NCBI GenBank assembly: GCA_951406725.2
Contig: OX597823.1
Coordinates: 111,910,001-111,974,000, forward strand
Direction: 5' to 3'
DNA length: 64,000 nt
Source: Octopus vulgaris
Taxonomy: Eukaryota
Shown here: positions 40,826 to 55,169 of the stretch, piece by piece
Layout: each line of letters begins with the position of its first letter
Position numbering within the stretch: the stretch's first letter is position 1
The notes under the pieces: generated by a model
What the model was told of the DNA's origin: nothing
Seen by the model: only the letters and a program-made list of their open reading frames with translations
The model's database searches: none
Made by a program: the position numbers and the translations under genes

Positions 40826-41705
40826 TGTATATAGACACATACTTAATCTTATGACACTGTCAACTATTTTTCTATTTACTCGGTTTAAAGTTTCGAAAGG
40901 TGTTTGAGACATCATTAGCCACAAATCTTCTCACCAACGACTTACCACCCTTACCAACAATCCCCCTCATTATTATTTCCTTCTTTTTCCGAAGCAATTC
41001 TTGCCAAAGCTATTTCTTAAATGCTCTTTTTCATAAACTTTTACATTTCTCTTGTTGCTGTCATTGTCGCTGTCATTGTTGTTGTTGTTGTTGTTGTTGT
41101 TGCTGTCGTTGTTGTTGTTGTTGTTGTTGTTTCCATTAACCACACCCTCACAAGTGTATGATTGGCAATTTACAATGTTAAGGATCAGCAGATATTTAAT
41201 GGTCTGAACTAACAGAAACCAGAGAACAGATCAGGTGGAGAGCTTTATTTTATTGATGTTTGTTTGTGTTTGTATTTTTGTTAGTGTTTTATTTCATCAT
41301 TTTTGTTTTATCCTTTATCTTTTTTTTGTTTTTCTCCAACATTGACCTTCAGTTTGTAACCAAATAATTTATTTTATCTTTTTTAAAATTTTTGCTAGAT
41401 TTTGAATTTGTCATGCACGGTTGGTTGATTTCTGGTTGGTGGATTATTCTTTTATTCATTTATTTTGTTGTTGATGTTGTTGTTATTCATTTTGTTATTT
41501 TGTTTGATGGGAAGGAGTTTCTTCTTCCTGACTGAATCTATTTCCACACCCTTACAGTGTGGAAAATAACAACCTTTGCAGCAACAACAAACAGAATTAT
41601 ACACATACACACACTCACACACGTATGCATTCAAACACATACATTACGTTCATGCATATATATATATATACATACGTACATACATATACATATATATACA
41701 TACAA

Positions 41706-41784
<79 letters not shown>

Positions 41785-41810
41785 CATACATGCATATACG
41801 TACACATATA

Positions 41811-41904
<94 letters not shown>

Positions 41905-42400
41905 GTTTGTGTATATAAGTGGGTATGCATATGCATACAATGATATATACATAAACATAAACTCCAGAGGTATATATAAATATATATACCCTTGTGTACA
42001 TGAGCTGAGTAAATATAAGCAGAATTATAAATTTGTATAGGGTGCAGCAAAAAAAACCTAATGATTCATCATTTTTGTTAGATGTTTTAGGAGCAAGCTC
42101 AGGGTACACCAGTCCAAATCATGTAACTAATGTTTTATCATGCATAGTACACTATATAAGCTAGTCTGTTTACTGCACTGTCCATGCATGAAACTCAAAG
42201 TAGCTCATGTATAACAGCTGCATTCATTAAATGCTATTTATCTCTCACTGGATCGAGTACTTTTTTGCTGTTCATATCAACGAGTGTACACTATATGTAG
42301 TACATGCATGGGTGTATGTATATGTGTGTGCGGTGAGTTTGTATATATATATATATGTATTAGTATATATGTATGTGTTTGTGAGAGTGATTGCATGTAT

Positions 42401-42439
<39 letters not shown>

Positions 42440-42689
42440 TGCGTATGTAATCATTTAATAGTCCATGTCCAATGCTGGCCTAGGTTGGGCAATTTGACAG
42501 GATTTAATGTATACAAGGACTACACCCTGTTCCAGTATATGCTGAAGCATGACCTCTGCAGCTGGTACTCACTGTTTCACAAACTACATGGCAACCTTAC
42601 TAGTGCCACCAGCATAGCTGATTACAATTGAATGCATGGTGGGTGACATGGGGCGGGGTAGAGATCAACTGTTCATGGAACCAATTGCA

Positions 42690-43339
42690 TTCATGGCTGG
42701 ATCAGAGCTGTCATTTGGACCAAAGACCATTCTGTGAAATAAATTATGTGTTTGATATACGTTGTTGAATGTACGATTGTGTATCTTTTTCTGCAAATGT
42801 AATTTTTTTATTGGTGTCTTTACTTTCCTCTACTCTGTTTTGCTCTTGATTGCTTTGTTTACTTGGTAAATACTAAACATCTTGAAAAGTAAATTCAATA
42901 ACCAGAATGAGGGCATATACAGAGATGATGGTCTGGTTGTTACTACAGGCACTAAAAGCTGTACTTTTGATAGGTTTAGAAAAGAGCTTATACTTACTAT
43001 CAAGTAACTCAGATTAAATAACACAACAGACAACCTGGCCTTAAAATCCAATTTTTTGCTCTCTCCCTCAGTTTATACAAATATGTATAAACTTTTGATA
43101 AACCTTTTGAGACTATAATATATAAACACTCTCTTTTACTCTTTTACTTGTTTCAGTCATTTGACTGCGGCCATGCTGGAGCACTGCCTTTAGTCGAGCA
43201 AATCGACCCCGGGACTTATTCTTTGTAAGCCCAGTACTTATTCTATCGGTCTTTTTTGCCAAACCGCTAAGTTACAGAGACATAAACACACCAGCATCGG
43301 TAGTCAAGCAATGTTAGGGGGAAAAACACAGACACACAA

Positions 43340-43372
<33 letters not shown>

Positions 43373-43920
43373 CATATATACGACAGGCTTCTTTCAGTTT
43401 CCGTCTACCAAATCCTCTCACAAGGCATTGGTCAGCCCAGGGCTATAACAGAAGACACTTGCCCAAGATGCCATGCAGTGGGACTGAACGCGGAACCATG
43501 TGGCTGGTTAGCAAGCTACTTACCACACAGCCACTACTGCGTCTATACTCTTAACATCCACCAAGACTTTTTAAGAATTTAGTTTAGAATATTAAGGCAA
43601 GGACCTATATCCTCTCCTTGTGCTGAGATATCTTTCATAAGGCAACACTGTTGCATCAGCGTCTTAAGAAAATCAGATTCATAGATTTGGTTAGTTTTAC
43701 ACTGCATACTAAGATCCAATTTTCTAACAGACTCTGGAATCCTGTCAGGTTCATATCCACACAAATTTCTTGAAGAACTGAAAGACTTAGATTGGAATAA
43801 AGTTCCTTAAACTGACAGGTATGTAATTCCTCAACTAGCATCAGTATAGAGCTATTTTCAATAGAATAGTCTGAAAGTAATCTACATTAGTGCTCAACAT
43901 TAGAAAACAAACCATCAAGT
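42690..43920 (+). mobile_element. Penelope-like element (PLE) reverse transcriptase/linker remnant, Naiad-like
   Basis: Collinear decayed motifs FDI..MYD, GIYRDDGLVV, DRFRKELI, NFL, KP..IIYKH[SINE]S*HPP, IGIKFLKL, HQYRAIFNR.SLKVIY. Confidence 0.75.
43129..43545 (-). mobile_element. SINE family A, full length, inside PLE remnant
   Basis: Reverse complement of family consensus. Confidence 0.95.
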
Positions 43921-44608
43921 AAACCATCTTTGCTGATGGTTAACCATTGTGCACACTGACTCAGGGACTCATACCCACTGACCCAAGATTGTTACACAAA
44001 AATAATACACAAAGTAAAAGTCAGCTTCACCAGCACAATCATGAGAAACAAAATCAAAAAATTATATCAAAATATCAGTATTCAAGCAACCTATGCAGTT
44101 CTGATCTTAAAAGAGAAAGAGAAAGCAACAGCTTTATCAAAATATATATGGGAACTTAGAGATAGCAACAATTTTACCATCAAATATTAGATTAAAGAAC
44201 TAAGCAGTCCTTACATTAATTTAAATAGAAGATGCTATTTGTGCATGGAAGAGGAGGTGAGCAAATCATACCATAAAAAATCTAAAGTGCATATGAATAT
44301 TTGTTCTGAATGTTTTGGAATAAAAATATTTATTGAAACATTAACCTCAAACACGACATCACCAACGCTACTACTGTCTCAGTTGTTACATGTAGTAACT
44401 ACATTACCTGCCCAATGGCACACACTATACAAATGTAAGATGTCCCCATTTTTTCAAGTATTGTACTATAAGATGCAGTTGCTTACTATTTCTGATGCTT
44501 TAGCATAATTTCATTTAAACCTTGCTGGAAATCCCAATACTTTACGACTGCTTGTACTACTAAAACGTGCATGGATGTGCATTTCTACACACACATTCAT
44601 AGACACAC

Positions 44609-44653
<45 letters not shown>

Positions 44654-44669
44654 TGTATGTATACATATA

Positions 44670-44850
44670 TAAAGTTAATCCAAACGAGAAAGCACAAAAA
44701 AACACAACACTCGAGGACGTGGAACAAATATAGTATTATTGGATGCTCAGGAAAGAAGGAAAGAAGGAGAGTTTAACGTTTCGAGCAGAGCTCTTCGTCG
44801 GAAACATAGGAGAAGGAAAGATCCAGAGAAGGAAAGACAGAGGAAAAAAT
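44670..44850 (-). mobile_element. Short hammerhead-bearing element in TA-rich repeat
   Basis: Minus strand 44805-44771 gttt-CCGACGA-A-gagc-tct-gctc-GAAAC-GTT-aaac; shares tagtat..atgctcaggaa with 59802-59819. Confidence 0.7.
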
Positions 44851-45449
44851 TCACATGCACACATGTATGTATATATATATATATACATACACATACATAC
44901 ATTTGTGTTGCATGTGTGTGTGTGTCCATGGGTGCATGCATGCATATGTACATGTCATAATATCTAATTCCATTGTAAAAAAGAGTGCTTATCTCTTTTA
45001 CACAATTGGCCTTAAAATTTACGAAGCTCAAGGGAAATAACTTCTGTGTAACAACTAATAAATTATTTTCCTCCCTAAAAAATGATTGCATATTGAATGA
45101 AAGATCAGGAACCACCAGAGTTTGAAGAGGGATAATGTATTGTTCATACTCATATATCATTAGCAAAATGATCCTTTGCTTACAAAATAAATATTTTTAA
45201 AGAAACAGGCGGTTGCTAAAATGTTTTGAGCCCTTATGCTTTACTAATACTAATACTGATACACAGAAACACTTCTTTATATTCTAAGCTATCACCTGTT
45301 TATAAATTGTGCTCTAATTCATACATGTATGTGTGTGATTATGTATGTGTATACGTACATAATATTAGTAGTAATGAGTACTTTTATTAGTATTTGTTTT
45401 ATTGAGAGTATATATGCAAGAATATTCTCTTACAAGAAGTAACATTGTA

Positions 45450-45493
<44 letters not shown>

Positions 45494-45520
45494 AATCTAT
45501 CTATCTATCAATCTATCTAT

Positions 45521-45689
<169 letters not shown>

Positions 45690-45866
45690 AATAGATCGTT
45701 AGCTCCTACACGCATCTCTCCTTGTTTTGTTCTGTGTATCTTTCTGTCGAAGAGCGTAGGCTCGAAATGTAAAAGACTTTTTCTATTCCTGAGCGCTATA
45801 CTAATACATTTGTTTGTTTGTACTCCACCTGCCTTCATCTTTTGTTTATTTTCATAAACTTTCCCT
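45690..45866 (+). mobile_element. ~180-bp hammerhead-bearing element in (TA)n
   Basis: 45739-45776 tcttt-CTGTCGA-A-gagc-gtag-gctc-GAAAT-GTA-aaaga; same ends as 59740-59921. Confidence 0.8.
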
Positions 45867-45933
45867 TTATATATATACATACATACATATATACATACAT
45901 ACATATATATATATACATACATACATATATATA

Positions 45934-46017
<84 letters not shown>

Positions 46018-46097
46018 CATATATATATATACATATATATATATATGTATTTATATATACATACATATATATATATACATATATATACATACATACA

Positions 46098-46160
<63 letters not shown>

Positions 46161-46298
46161 TATCATGAGTGTTAGGTTCCAAAACCCTAACAAGATCCCT
46201 TTCTCCACCACAAAACTTTGTTTACAATTTTATCATACGAAAGTAGCAAGTACATTTAATATCAATCTGTAATGCCCATTAAGTGTTTAAAGGCTCCT

Positions 46299-46360
<62 letters not shown>

Positions 46361-46499
46361 GAGAGAGAGAGACAGACAGAGAGAGACAGAGAGAGAGAGA
46401 TAAATAGACCAATAAATCAATGTATGTAGATGCATGTTTAATCATATAAATATATATGTAAAAACCTATATCTGTATGCATGTTTGTATATTTTATCGT

Positions 46500-46890
46500 G
46501 CAGGTGCAGACATGGCTATGAGGTTAGGAAGCTTGCTTTCTAGCCACATGGTTTCCGGTTCGGTGCCACTGCATGGCACCTTGGGCAAGTGACTTCTGCC
46601 ATAGCCTGGGGCTGTTCAAAGCCTTGTGAGTGGATTTGGTAGGTTGAAGTTATCGTTGTATGTGTACATGTGTGCCTACTAAGTGCTTGTGCCTCATAAC
46701 AGAGGGGGAAAAATCTACCTCATTTGGCAACGATTGGAAAGGCATTTTGGCTGTAGAAATTTGCCACATGAATACTGCTGCACATATGTATATACATCTT
46801 TTAAGAAAAAGTATTTCCACAATGGTGCTCCAGCATGACAACAGCCACATGTCTAAATTGAGTAAAAGAGTAAAAGTAAAAAAAAAAAAA
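46500..46890 (+). mobile_element. Divergent SINE family A copy with replaced middle
   Basis: Head and ggcaccttgggcaagtg at 46500-46645; tail ggtgctccagcatg..gtaaaagagtaaaag. Confidence 0.8.
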
Positions 46891-47301
46891 ATATATATAT
46901 ATATGTATGCATATATATATACATACATTTATATATATATGTATGTATGTATATATATATATATATAAAATGTTTGTGTGTATCTATATATGTATGTATA
47001 CAGAGATGGGGAAGGTAAGAGAGGGGCAGAGAGTTAGAGAAATTACAAGTGTGTTCTGAACAAACAAAAACATACGATTCAAAAGTAAGCGAAGCAAGAA
47101 ATATGTACAAAAAAATATTCTGGTGTGTATAAATAATTTATCATCTTTAAAAGAAGCAGAAGGAATAAGGCTATGAAACTGTCTAAACAAGCAGAAACTG
47201 TATGCTTATATGATGTATATACATAGAAAGAATACATATCGCTACATGTTTGTATGCACATGCTGTATGTATTCATAGGCATGGAGGTACACAGACAGAT
47301 G

Positions 47302-47333
<32 letters not shown>

Positions 47334-47363
47334 TATATATATATGCATATATATATATGTATA

Positions 47364-47459
<96 letters not shown>

Positions 47460-47521
47460 TATATATACATATATATGTGTATATATATATTTGTACTTAT
47501 AAAGTAAATCTGTGTATGTAC

Positions 47522-47556
<35 letters not shown>

Positions 47557-47596
47557 CATACATACATACATATATATATACACACATACACACACA

Positions 47597-47643
<47 letters not shown>

Positions 47644-48037
47644 ATAGATAGATAGACAGATAGATAGTCATGCAGAAATATATATCTATGTGCATGTATG
47701 AGTATGTGTATTTATGTGTATCTGCCTCTGTATTATATATTTTAAAGTATGAGAAATCTTTAATGCTGCATTTCTCAAAAAGAAAACAAAAAAGATATAT
47801 AGAAATAATAAAGATAAAAATTGAAAAGCATAGAAAAAAACAAGAACTTCAGAATAAGATATTTTGTGTTATTTTCTCTTCTCTAGTTTTTCACTCTGTT
47901 TATAGACTTGTCAAATCTTTCTAAGATTTATTTTCTGAAATGTGATAAACTATCAAATTTTCTTTGTTTTCTAATCATTTCCAATTACATTATCATTATT
48001 AGCTTCCCTCATGATATTTTTTGTTATTTTTTTCACC

Positions 48038-48070
<33 letters not shown>

Positions 48071-48152
48071 TTCTATATATATGCATATAAACATGTTCTC
48101 ATACACGTACACAGACAAGAAACATAGGCATATAAGTGCACTCTCTTTTCCA

Positions 48153-48196
<44 letters not shown>

Positions 48197-48200
48197 CATA

Positions 48201-48246
<46 letters not shown>

Positions 48247-48584
48247 ACATGTTCCCATACACGTACACAGACAAGAAACATAGGCATCTAAGTGCACGTA
48301 TACTTAAATACAAATATTCATGTGTATGCATATGTATGTGTGTGTTTACGTGTATATATAGGTGAAGGCATGATTCGTAGTTAACATGGTCTTTTTGCAA
48401 CCATGTGCGTCTCTGTTTGATACTGCTGAGCAACAACTTGGGGAAGTGCACCATGCCATAAGTGTGAGTGGCGAATATCTTTGGAGTAAAATTTGGCTGA
48501 CAGAATCTCAATGGAAGGCCAACACTATACAAATACCACATAATATATATAACAAATATATAATTATATGTGTGTGCATGTATG

Positions 48585-48666
<82 letters not shown>

Positions 48667-49391
48667 TGTATTTATATATATATACATATATGTATATATA
48701 TATATATATATATATAAATATATATACATATGTATATGTATACATATATATATATATGTACATATATATGCAGATATATATATATATACATATATATACA
48801 CACATATATATCTATGTACATATATATACACAGACACACATATATATAGATACATACATAAGTATATATGTATGTATTCTTTTATGGTTTCACTTTTTTC
48901 ATTCTTTCAGTCACTTGACGGTGGCCATACTAGAACACCACCTGAAAGTACTCATTCTGTTGGTCTTTTTTTGCTGAACCACTAAGTTACAAGGTTGTAA
49001 ACACACCAGCATCAGTTGCCAAGTGATCGTTGTGAGAGAGGTACAAACACAGATAATAAAGACAAATTCTTTAAACTATTTTTGGTGTTCCAAGCCTGAT
49101 AAATGTTTTTGATTCGGCTTGTGGGGAGAGCTATGTGACTGCAAAGTAGGTCTGATACAACAGTTTATATTTGTGGCATCTATGGAACGTTTTATTGTTT
49201 GGAGAAAAATAAAATGTTTTGGGGAAGAATGAAGTAGTAGGATAAAGAAGAGTAGATAGAGAAAGAGGAAGAGAATAAACCAAACTACATTTATATATAT
49301 ATATATATATATAAATTTAACATGGGAAGCAAAACAATAAATTGAACAATTAAATAGTTTAATCATTAAATGATAAGTTCGCACAAACAAA

Positions 49392-50710
49392 TGACAAATC
49401 TCATAAATTACAGATGTTTCAATTCTATTAATAAAAACGAGTTTTCCAAGAAAAATTAAATATCGTTTAAGTATAATGAGGTTTCATCCGATAGACATAT
49501 CTTCTTGAATATTTTACAAAAAATAACAATTGAAAGTTTTTATAACTGTTAATGCTATTCAAAAAATTGCTTTTTGAGAGAAAGCTAAATCATAAATAAA
49601 TAATCTAATTGAAATTTCGTAATATATATAATCGACTTAATTCGTCTGTCTGTCCTTGTTTGTCTCATCTGTGTTTAACCCCTTCTGTATAGTAAAGAAA
49701 TAGGTATATATTTATATAACCTGTATTTACTTTAAACTATAACTTGAATAAATTGTAAGCTTTTATGTAGATTTGAATTAATATATGAAGTAATGTTTTA
49801 CTGCAAATATATATACATGTGTATATGGAAATGTATATGCATTCTAATTGTAAATATATATACAGATGAATAAGTAAACTTCTGTATTTAAATATGCATG
49901 TATGTATATGTACATGTGTGTGTATGTATATATGCATAAATGGATAGATGTACATGTGTATATATAGATATATATAAATACGTCTATATGAATGTGTGTA
50001 TTGTGCTATGGAATCAGCTATAGAACTAGATACTAATAGATTTAAATTTAGGAATTTTCAAAATTTCAGCTAGATTATTCATTTATGATTAATCTTGCTA
50101 TCAAAAAGCGTTTTTTTTTTGTTTTGAATAGTGATAACAGGTATACAAATTTTCAATTACTCTTTGCTCTTTTACTCTTTTACTTGTTTCAGTCATTTTG
50201 ACTGCGGCCATGCTGGAGCACTGCCTTTAGTCGAGCAAATCGACCCCGGGACTTATTCTTTGGAAGCCCAGTACTTATTCTATCGGTCTCTTTTGCCAAA
50301 CCGCTAAGTGACGGGGATGTAAACACACCGGCATCGGTTGTCAAGCAATGCTAGAGGGACAAACACAGACACACAAACATACACACACACACATATATAT
50401 ATATACATATATACGACAGACTTCTTTCAGTTTCCGTCTACCAAATCCATTCACAAGGCATTGGTCAGCCCAAGGCTATAGCTGAAGACACTTGCCCAAG
50501 ATGCCACGCAGTGGGACTGAACCCAGAACCATGTGGCTGGTTAGCAAGCTACTTACCACACAGCCACTCCTGCTATTTTTCCTGATGTATTTAAGAAGAT
50601 ATACGTATCTGATGAAACCTCATTATGTTTAAACAATATTTTATCATTCTTGAAAAACTTGTTTTTATTAATGGAGTTGAAACAGCTGTACTTTATAGGA
50701 TGTGACATTA
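49392..50710. mobile_element. Fold-back element with ~230-bp arms and hammerhead; right arm split by SINE
   Basis: 49392-49622 is reverse complement of 50055-50158 joined to 50572-50710; CTGATGA (50609)-aacctcatta..taatggagtt-GAAAC-AGCT-GTA (50690). Confidence 0.8.
50160..50572 (-). mobile_element. SINE family A, full length
   Basis: Reverse complement of family consensus. Confidence 0.95.
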
Positions 50711-50789
50711 ATTGGAACCATGTTGTTGGTAAGCAAGCTACTTACCATACAGCCACTCCTGCACCTATACCCATTCATTTATTCACTTA

Positions 50790-51172
50790 TTCGTTTATTT
50801 GATTCAGTCATTTGACTGCAGCCATGCTGGAGCACTGCCTTTAATTGAACAAATCCACCCCAAGACTTATTCTTTGTAAACCTAGTACTTATTCTATCAG
50901 TCCCTTTTTATAAAACTGCTAAGCTATGAGGACGTCAACACACCAGCATCAGTAGTCAAGTGATCATGGTGGGGACAAACTTAGACACACAAACATACAC
51001 ACACACATATATCCGACGGGCTTCTTTCAGTTTCCGTCTACCAAGTCCACTCCCAAGGCTTTGGTCAGCTTAAGGCTATAATAAAAACACTTGCCCGAGG
51101 TGCCATGCAGTGGGACTGAACCGGGAACTATGTGGTGGGAAAGCAAGCTACTTTCCACACAGCCACTCTCTG
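50790..51172 (-). mobile_element. SINE family A, full length (extra head fragment at 50712-50768)
   Basis: Reverse complement of family consensus. Confidence 0.92.
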
Positions 51173-51786
51173 CTTGTTCTTTCACCCATTATAATTAGTT
51201 AGTTGTGAGGTGGAGTGAGGTGGAGTGAGAGAGAGAGAAAGAGAGAGAGAGAGGAGTGAAGAAAGAAGAGAGGAAGAAGTAGAAAAAGGTGATTAATATT
51301 AATGAACTTATGCCAAATGGTCTCGTGGTCAGCTGATGATAGAAGCAAAGAACAAGAGAAAAAGAAGACTAGAGAAAAAGAAGACAAGAGAAAAAGAGGG
51401 AGAGAGAGGTTTTAATGATGTGCGGTGGGGTGGGGAAGGAATACTTATTACATGGTTAAAAAGTTAGCTGAAATGAAAGGTAGATAGAGAGAGAAGTACA
51501 GGGGAGGGAGAGAAGGAAAGAAAGAAAGACAGGCAGATAGCAGTGGTGGTGGTGGTGGTGGTGGTGGTGTGTGTTGATAAGTAAAGTGCACAGTTCTCTT
51601 CCCCTCCTTAGCTTGTTAGAGTTCAGAATGCTAGACTTTGCCAGACTAAAATGTCCAGGAGAAAAACAAAAAAACATCATCGAAATTACAACCAATCAAA
51701 ACTTGAGCTTTTACCATAAAAACATAAATATATATATACTTGAAGATTTTGGACTTATAACATTTCAAACCCTAATAAGTTTAGAT

Positions 51787-52060
51787 GTGGAGGCACATGG
51801 CCTAGTGGTTAGAGCAGCAGACTCACGGTCGAGGGATTGTGGGTTCAAATCTCAAACTGGGCAATGTGTGTGTGTGTTTATGAGCAAAACACCTAAGCTC
51901 CACACGACCCCAGCAGATGGTAATGGGGAACTGTTATTGACTCTTTCGCCACAACTTTCTCTCACTCTTTCCTCTTGCAGGTCACCTACGATGGACTGGC
52001 ATTCCAAGGAAACCGGGAAACTGGCCCTTATGAACCAGGCATGGCTCAAGAAGGAACATA
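51787..52060 (+). mobile_element. tRNA-derived SINE, family B head with alternative 3' end
   Basis: A box tggcctagtgg, B box ggttcaaatc; body to ccacaactttctctcactcttt, then cctacgatggactggc..gaaaccggg. Confidence 0.85.
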
Positions 52061-52546
52061 AAAGAAAAGTTTAGATGGTGAAGAGACCCATGCACTTCAG
52101 CTGAAATTGAGAAAAGAATTACATGTACCATGACAGAAATTGTGAAAAGAAACTTCTTTTCTTTCTCTTCATCTTTTTCTTTTCACCCCCAACCCATTTT
52201 TTTTCTTAATAAGAACTTAATATGACTGAATTTTCAATGATGTTCATTTGTTATGATCTTCACTGAACATTTACACTTATACTACTATCCTATTCCTATG
52301 AAGCTCATTGAAATTTGTGTGAACATTTAAAGATTTGATCATTGAAACATGTTTTTCTGATATTTACCTTGTAACTTTAGACTCTCCTAAACAACTCTTC
52401 ATTTACTGATTTATACCATTGATAAGCAAAAAATCGGGGAACAAGTTTGGTATTTGAAGAAATCCATTACAAAATTTAAAAACGACTACATGTTTTAAGA
52501 TTCAGGTGCAGTTTTGAACCCCAACACAAATTCTCCTGTATTTGAG

Positions 52547-52613
<67 letters not shown>

Positions 52614-52623
52614 ATCATTTGAG

Positions 52624-52676
<53 letters not shown>

Positions 52677-52691
52677 TTTTTTTTTTTTTTT

Positions 52692-52908
52692 GTACTTGTT
52701 TCAGTCATTTGACTGCGGCCATGCTGGAGCACCGCCTTTAGAGTGGTGAAAGAGTACAGCAGGGATCACCACCATCCCCTGCCGGAGCCTCGTGGAGCTT
52801 TTAGGTGTTTTCGCTCAATAAACACACACAACGCCCGGTCTGGGAATCGAAACCGCGATCCTCCGACCGCAAGTCCGCTGCCCTAACCACTGGGCCATTG
52901 CGCCTCCA

Positions 52909-52967
<59 letters not shown>

Positions 52968-53084
52968 CGTGATCACCGTGACCGACCAGGGTATCAGATG
53001 TTGCTACACATCGCTAGTCACAATGCGCTTCGCATTGTTTTAGCCTTCAAATGACGCCACCACGCTGGCTAAGCGAGCAGGCCA

Positions 53085-53085
<1 letters not shown>
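52692..53085 (-). mobile_element. Composite SINE cluster: family B 3' part, (TA)n, family B head fused to family A tail
   Basis: Minus strand: B 3' part 53085-52965; B head 52909-52741 with A box tggcccagtgg and B box gtttcgattcc; A tail 52740-52692. Confidence 0.85.
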
Positions 53086-53126
<41 letters not shown>

Positions 53127-53132
53127 TTACAT

Positions 53133-53166
<34 letters not shown>

Positions 53167-53222
53167 CATTATATATATATACATATATATATATATATAC
53201 ATTATATATATATATATATATA

Positions 53223-53921
53223 TAACTCAAATGATGTTTTTTTTTCTTCCCAGATTAAACTCATAACAATTAATGGTGGCAGTCAGACTAAAATTCTACT
53301 GGAAGTGTGAAAATGCAGTTGAAGTGAAAAGACGGTTTAGGAGGGAGTTTCAAACAGATACACCAATGTGATTTACCATCGCTTAAATTAGAGATAAGTT
53401 TGAAGCCGATGGAACTGTTCAGAATATCCATAAGAAGCGTTCCAGAAGACCACAGACATCAACAACCCCCAACAAAGCAAGGATTGCTGGAAATGCATCC
53501 CCAAAGTCAAAAAAATCTGAGCGACAAGTGAGTCATGAGGTAGGTATTACAGAATCATCTGTTCCAACGCATTTTGAAGTGTTGTCAATGGAAAAATTAC
53601 ATCCCAAGATTAGTCCATGCTATTAGTGACGATAATCCAGACCAAAGAGTACAGTATTGCGAGTGGTACTCGGCACAATGTGTAGGAGATGCACACTTTC
53701 CAACAAAGATAGTGTGGAGTGATAAGGCCACATTCAAATTAAATTGTTCAGGCGCAGGAGTGGCTGTGTGGTAAGTAGCTTGCTAACCAACCACATGGTT
53801 CCGGGTTCAGTCCCACTGCGTGGCATCTTGGGCAAGTGTCTTCTGCTATAGCCCCGGGCCGACCAATGCCTTGTGAGTGGATTTGGTAGACAGAAACTGA
53901 AAGACGCCTGTCATATATATG

Positions 53922-53956
<35 letters not shown>

Positions 53957-54850
53957 TTGTGTGTCTGTGTTTGTCCCCCTAGCATTGCTTGACAACCGAT
54001 GCTGGTGTGTTTACGTCCCTGTAACTTAGCGGTTCGGCAAAAGAGACCGATAGAATAAGTACTGGGCTTACAAAGAATAAGTCCCGGGGTCGATTTGCTT
54101 GACTAAAGGCGGTGCTCCAGCATGGCCGCAGTCAAATGACTGAAACAAGTAAAAAAGTAAAAAAAGTTAAGTAAGTAAGTTAACCGCCACAATTGCACCT
54201 ACTGGGGACCTGAGAATCTGCATGTTATGGTGGAACACCATGTTAATTTAACACGGGTCACAATGTGGTGTGGATTATCATCAAGAGGTGTTAATTAGAC
54301 CATTCTTCTTTGACACTACTGTGACTGGTCCCATTTACTTGAAATTACTGCAACAGTTTGTCAGGCCAAACATTAGAGAAGACTTTGAAGATGAGGAGTT
54401 ATACTTTCAGCAAGATGGGGTACCCCAACACTACAGTTGTGGCATTAGATCCTTCCTTGATGAGTCCTGCCAAACAGGTGGATTGGATGGAGGGGTTTTG
54501 TTGAATACCCTCCGTGTTCACCAGACTTCACACCACTAGACATTTTTTGATGGGGATACCTAAAAGACAAAGTCAGTGCTATGAAACCTGTAATAGTCGC
54601 TGATTTGAGAGTAGCCACTGAATGAGAATGCACACAAATACCAAACAAATTTTGTGATGTTTGTAACTCCATTGCTTTGCATTGTCAGCAGTGTCTGGAA
54701 CAGAACAGATATCAGTTTGAAAACAGGTATTGATAAAACAACAAAATAATGCCTATAGATTCCATTAAATTTTGAAAATGAAATGTATTTTAATAAACAC
54801 CTACTTTACAATTATTTAAAGTGTGTATGCATTATTTTGTGAAACCCTCT
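53223..54850 (+). mobile_element. Tc1/mariner transposon remnant, DD41D (rosa/Visitor)-like, split by SINE
   Basis: HTH YWKCENAVEVKRRFRREF..IRDKFEADGTV; [12 protein letters not shown]; [18 protein letters not shown] (~41 aa spacing across one frameshift); right TIR-like aagtgtgtatgc..aaaccctc+ta. Confidence 0.9.
53750..54180 (+). mobile_element. SINE family A, full length
   Basis: aggcgcaggagtggctgtgtgg to gaaacaagtaaaaaag; interrupts transposase between KLNCS and NRHNC. Confidence 0.96.
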
Positions 54851-54921
54851 ATATATTGTGCTTACCTTGGATCGTAGGGCAACATGCTATGCTTAAGGAG
54901 ACCTATTGACTCAAGTACATC

Positions 54922-55156
54922 TGTTTCTTTATTACCCACAAGGGGCTAAACATAGAGGGGACAAACAAGGACAGACAAATGTATTAAGTCGATTACATCG
55001 ACCTCAGTGCGTAACTGGTACTTAATTTATCGACCCCGAAAGGATGAAAGGCAAAGTCGACCTCGGCGGAATTAGAACTCAGAACATAACGGGAGACGAA
55101 ATACGGCTACGCATTTCGCCCGGCGTGCTAACTGTTCTGCCAGCTCGCCGCCTTAA
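54922..55156 (-). mobile_element. SINE family C with 14-bp TSD
   Basis: TSD gactcaagtacatc at 54908-54921 and 55157-55170; head aaggcggcgagctggcagaa on minus strand. Confidence 0.9.
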
Positions 55157-55169
55157 GACTCAAGTACAT

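Noticed and set aside
52830-52909. Possible tRNA gene on the minus strand (also 51787-51860)
   Set aside because: A and B boxes run directly into a SINE body; no clear acceptor stem or terminator.
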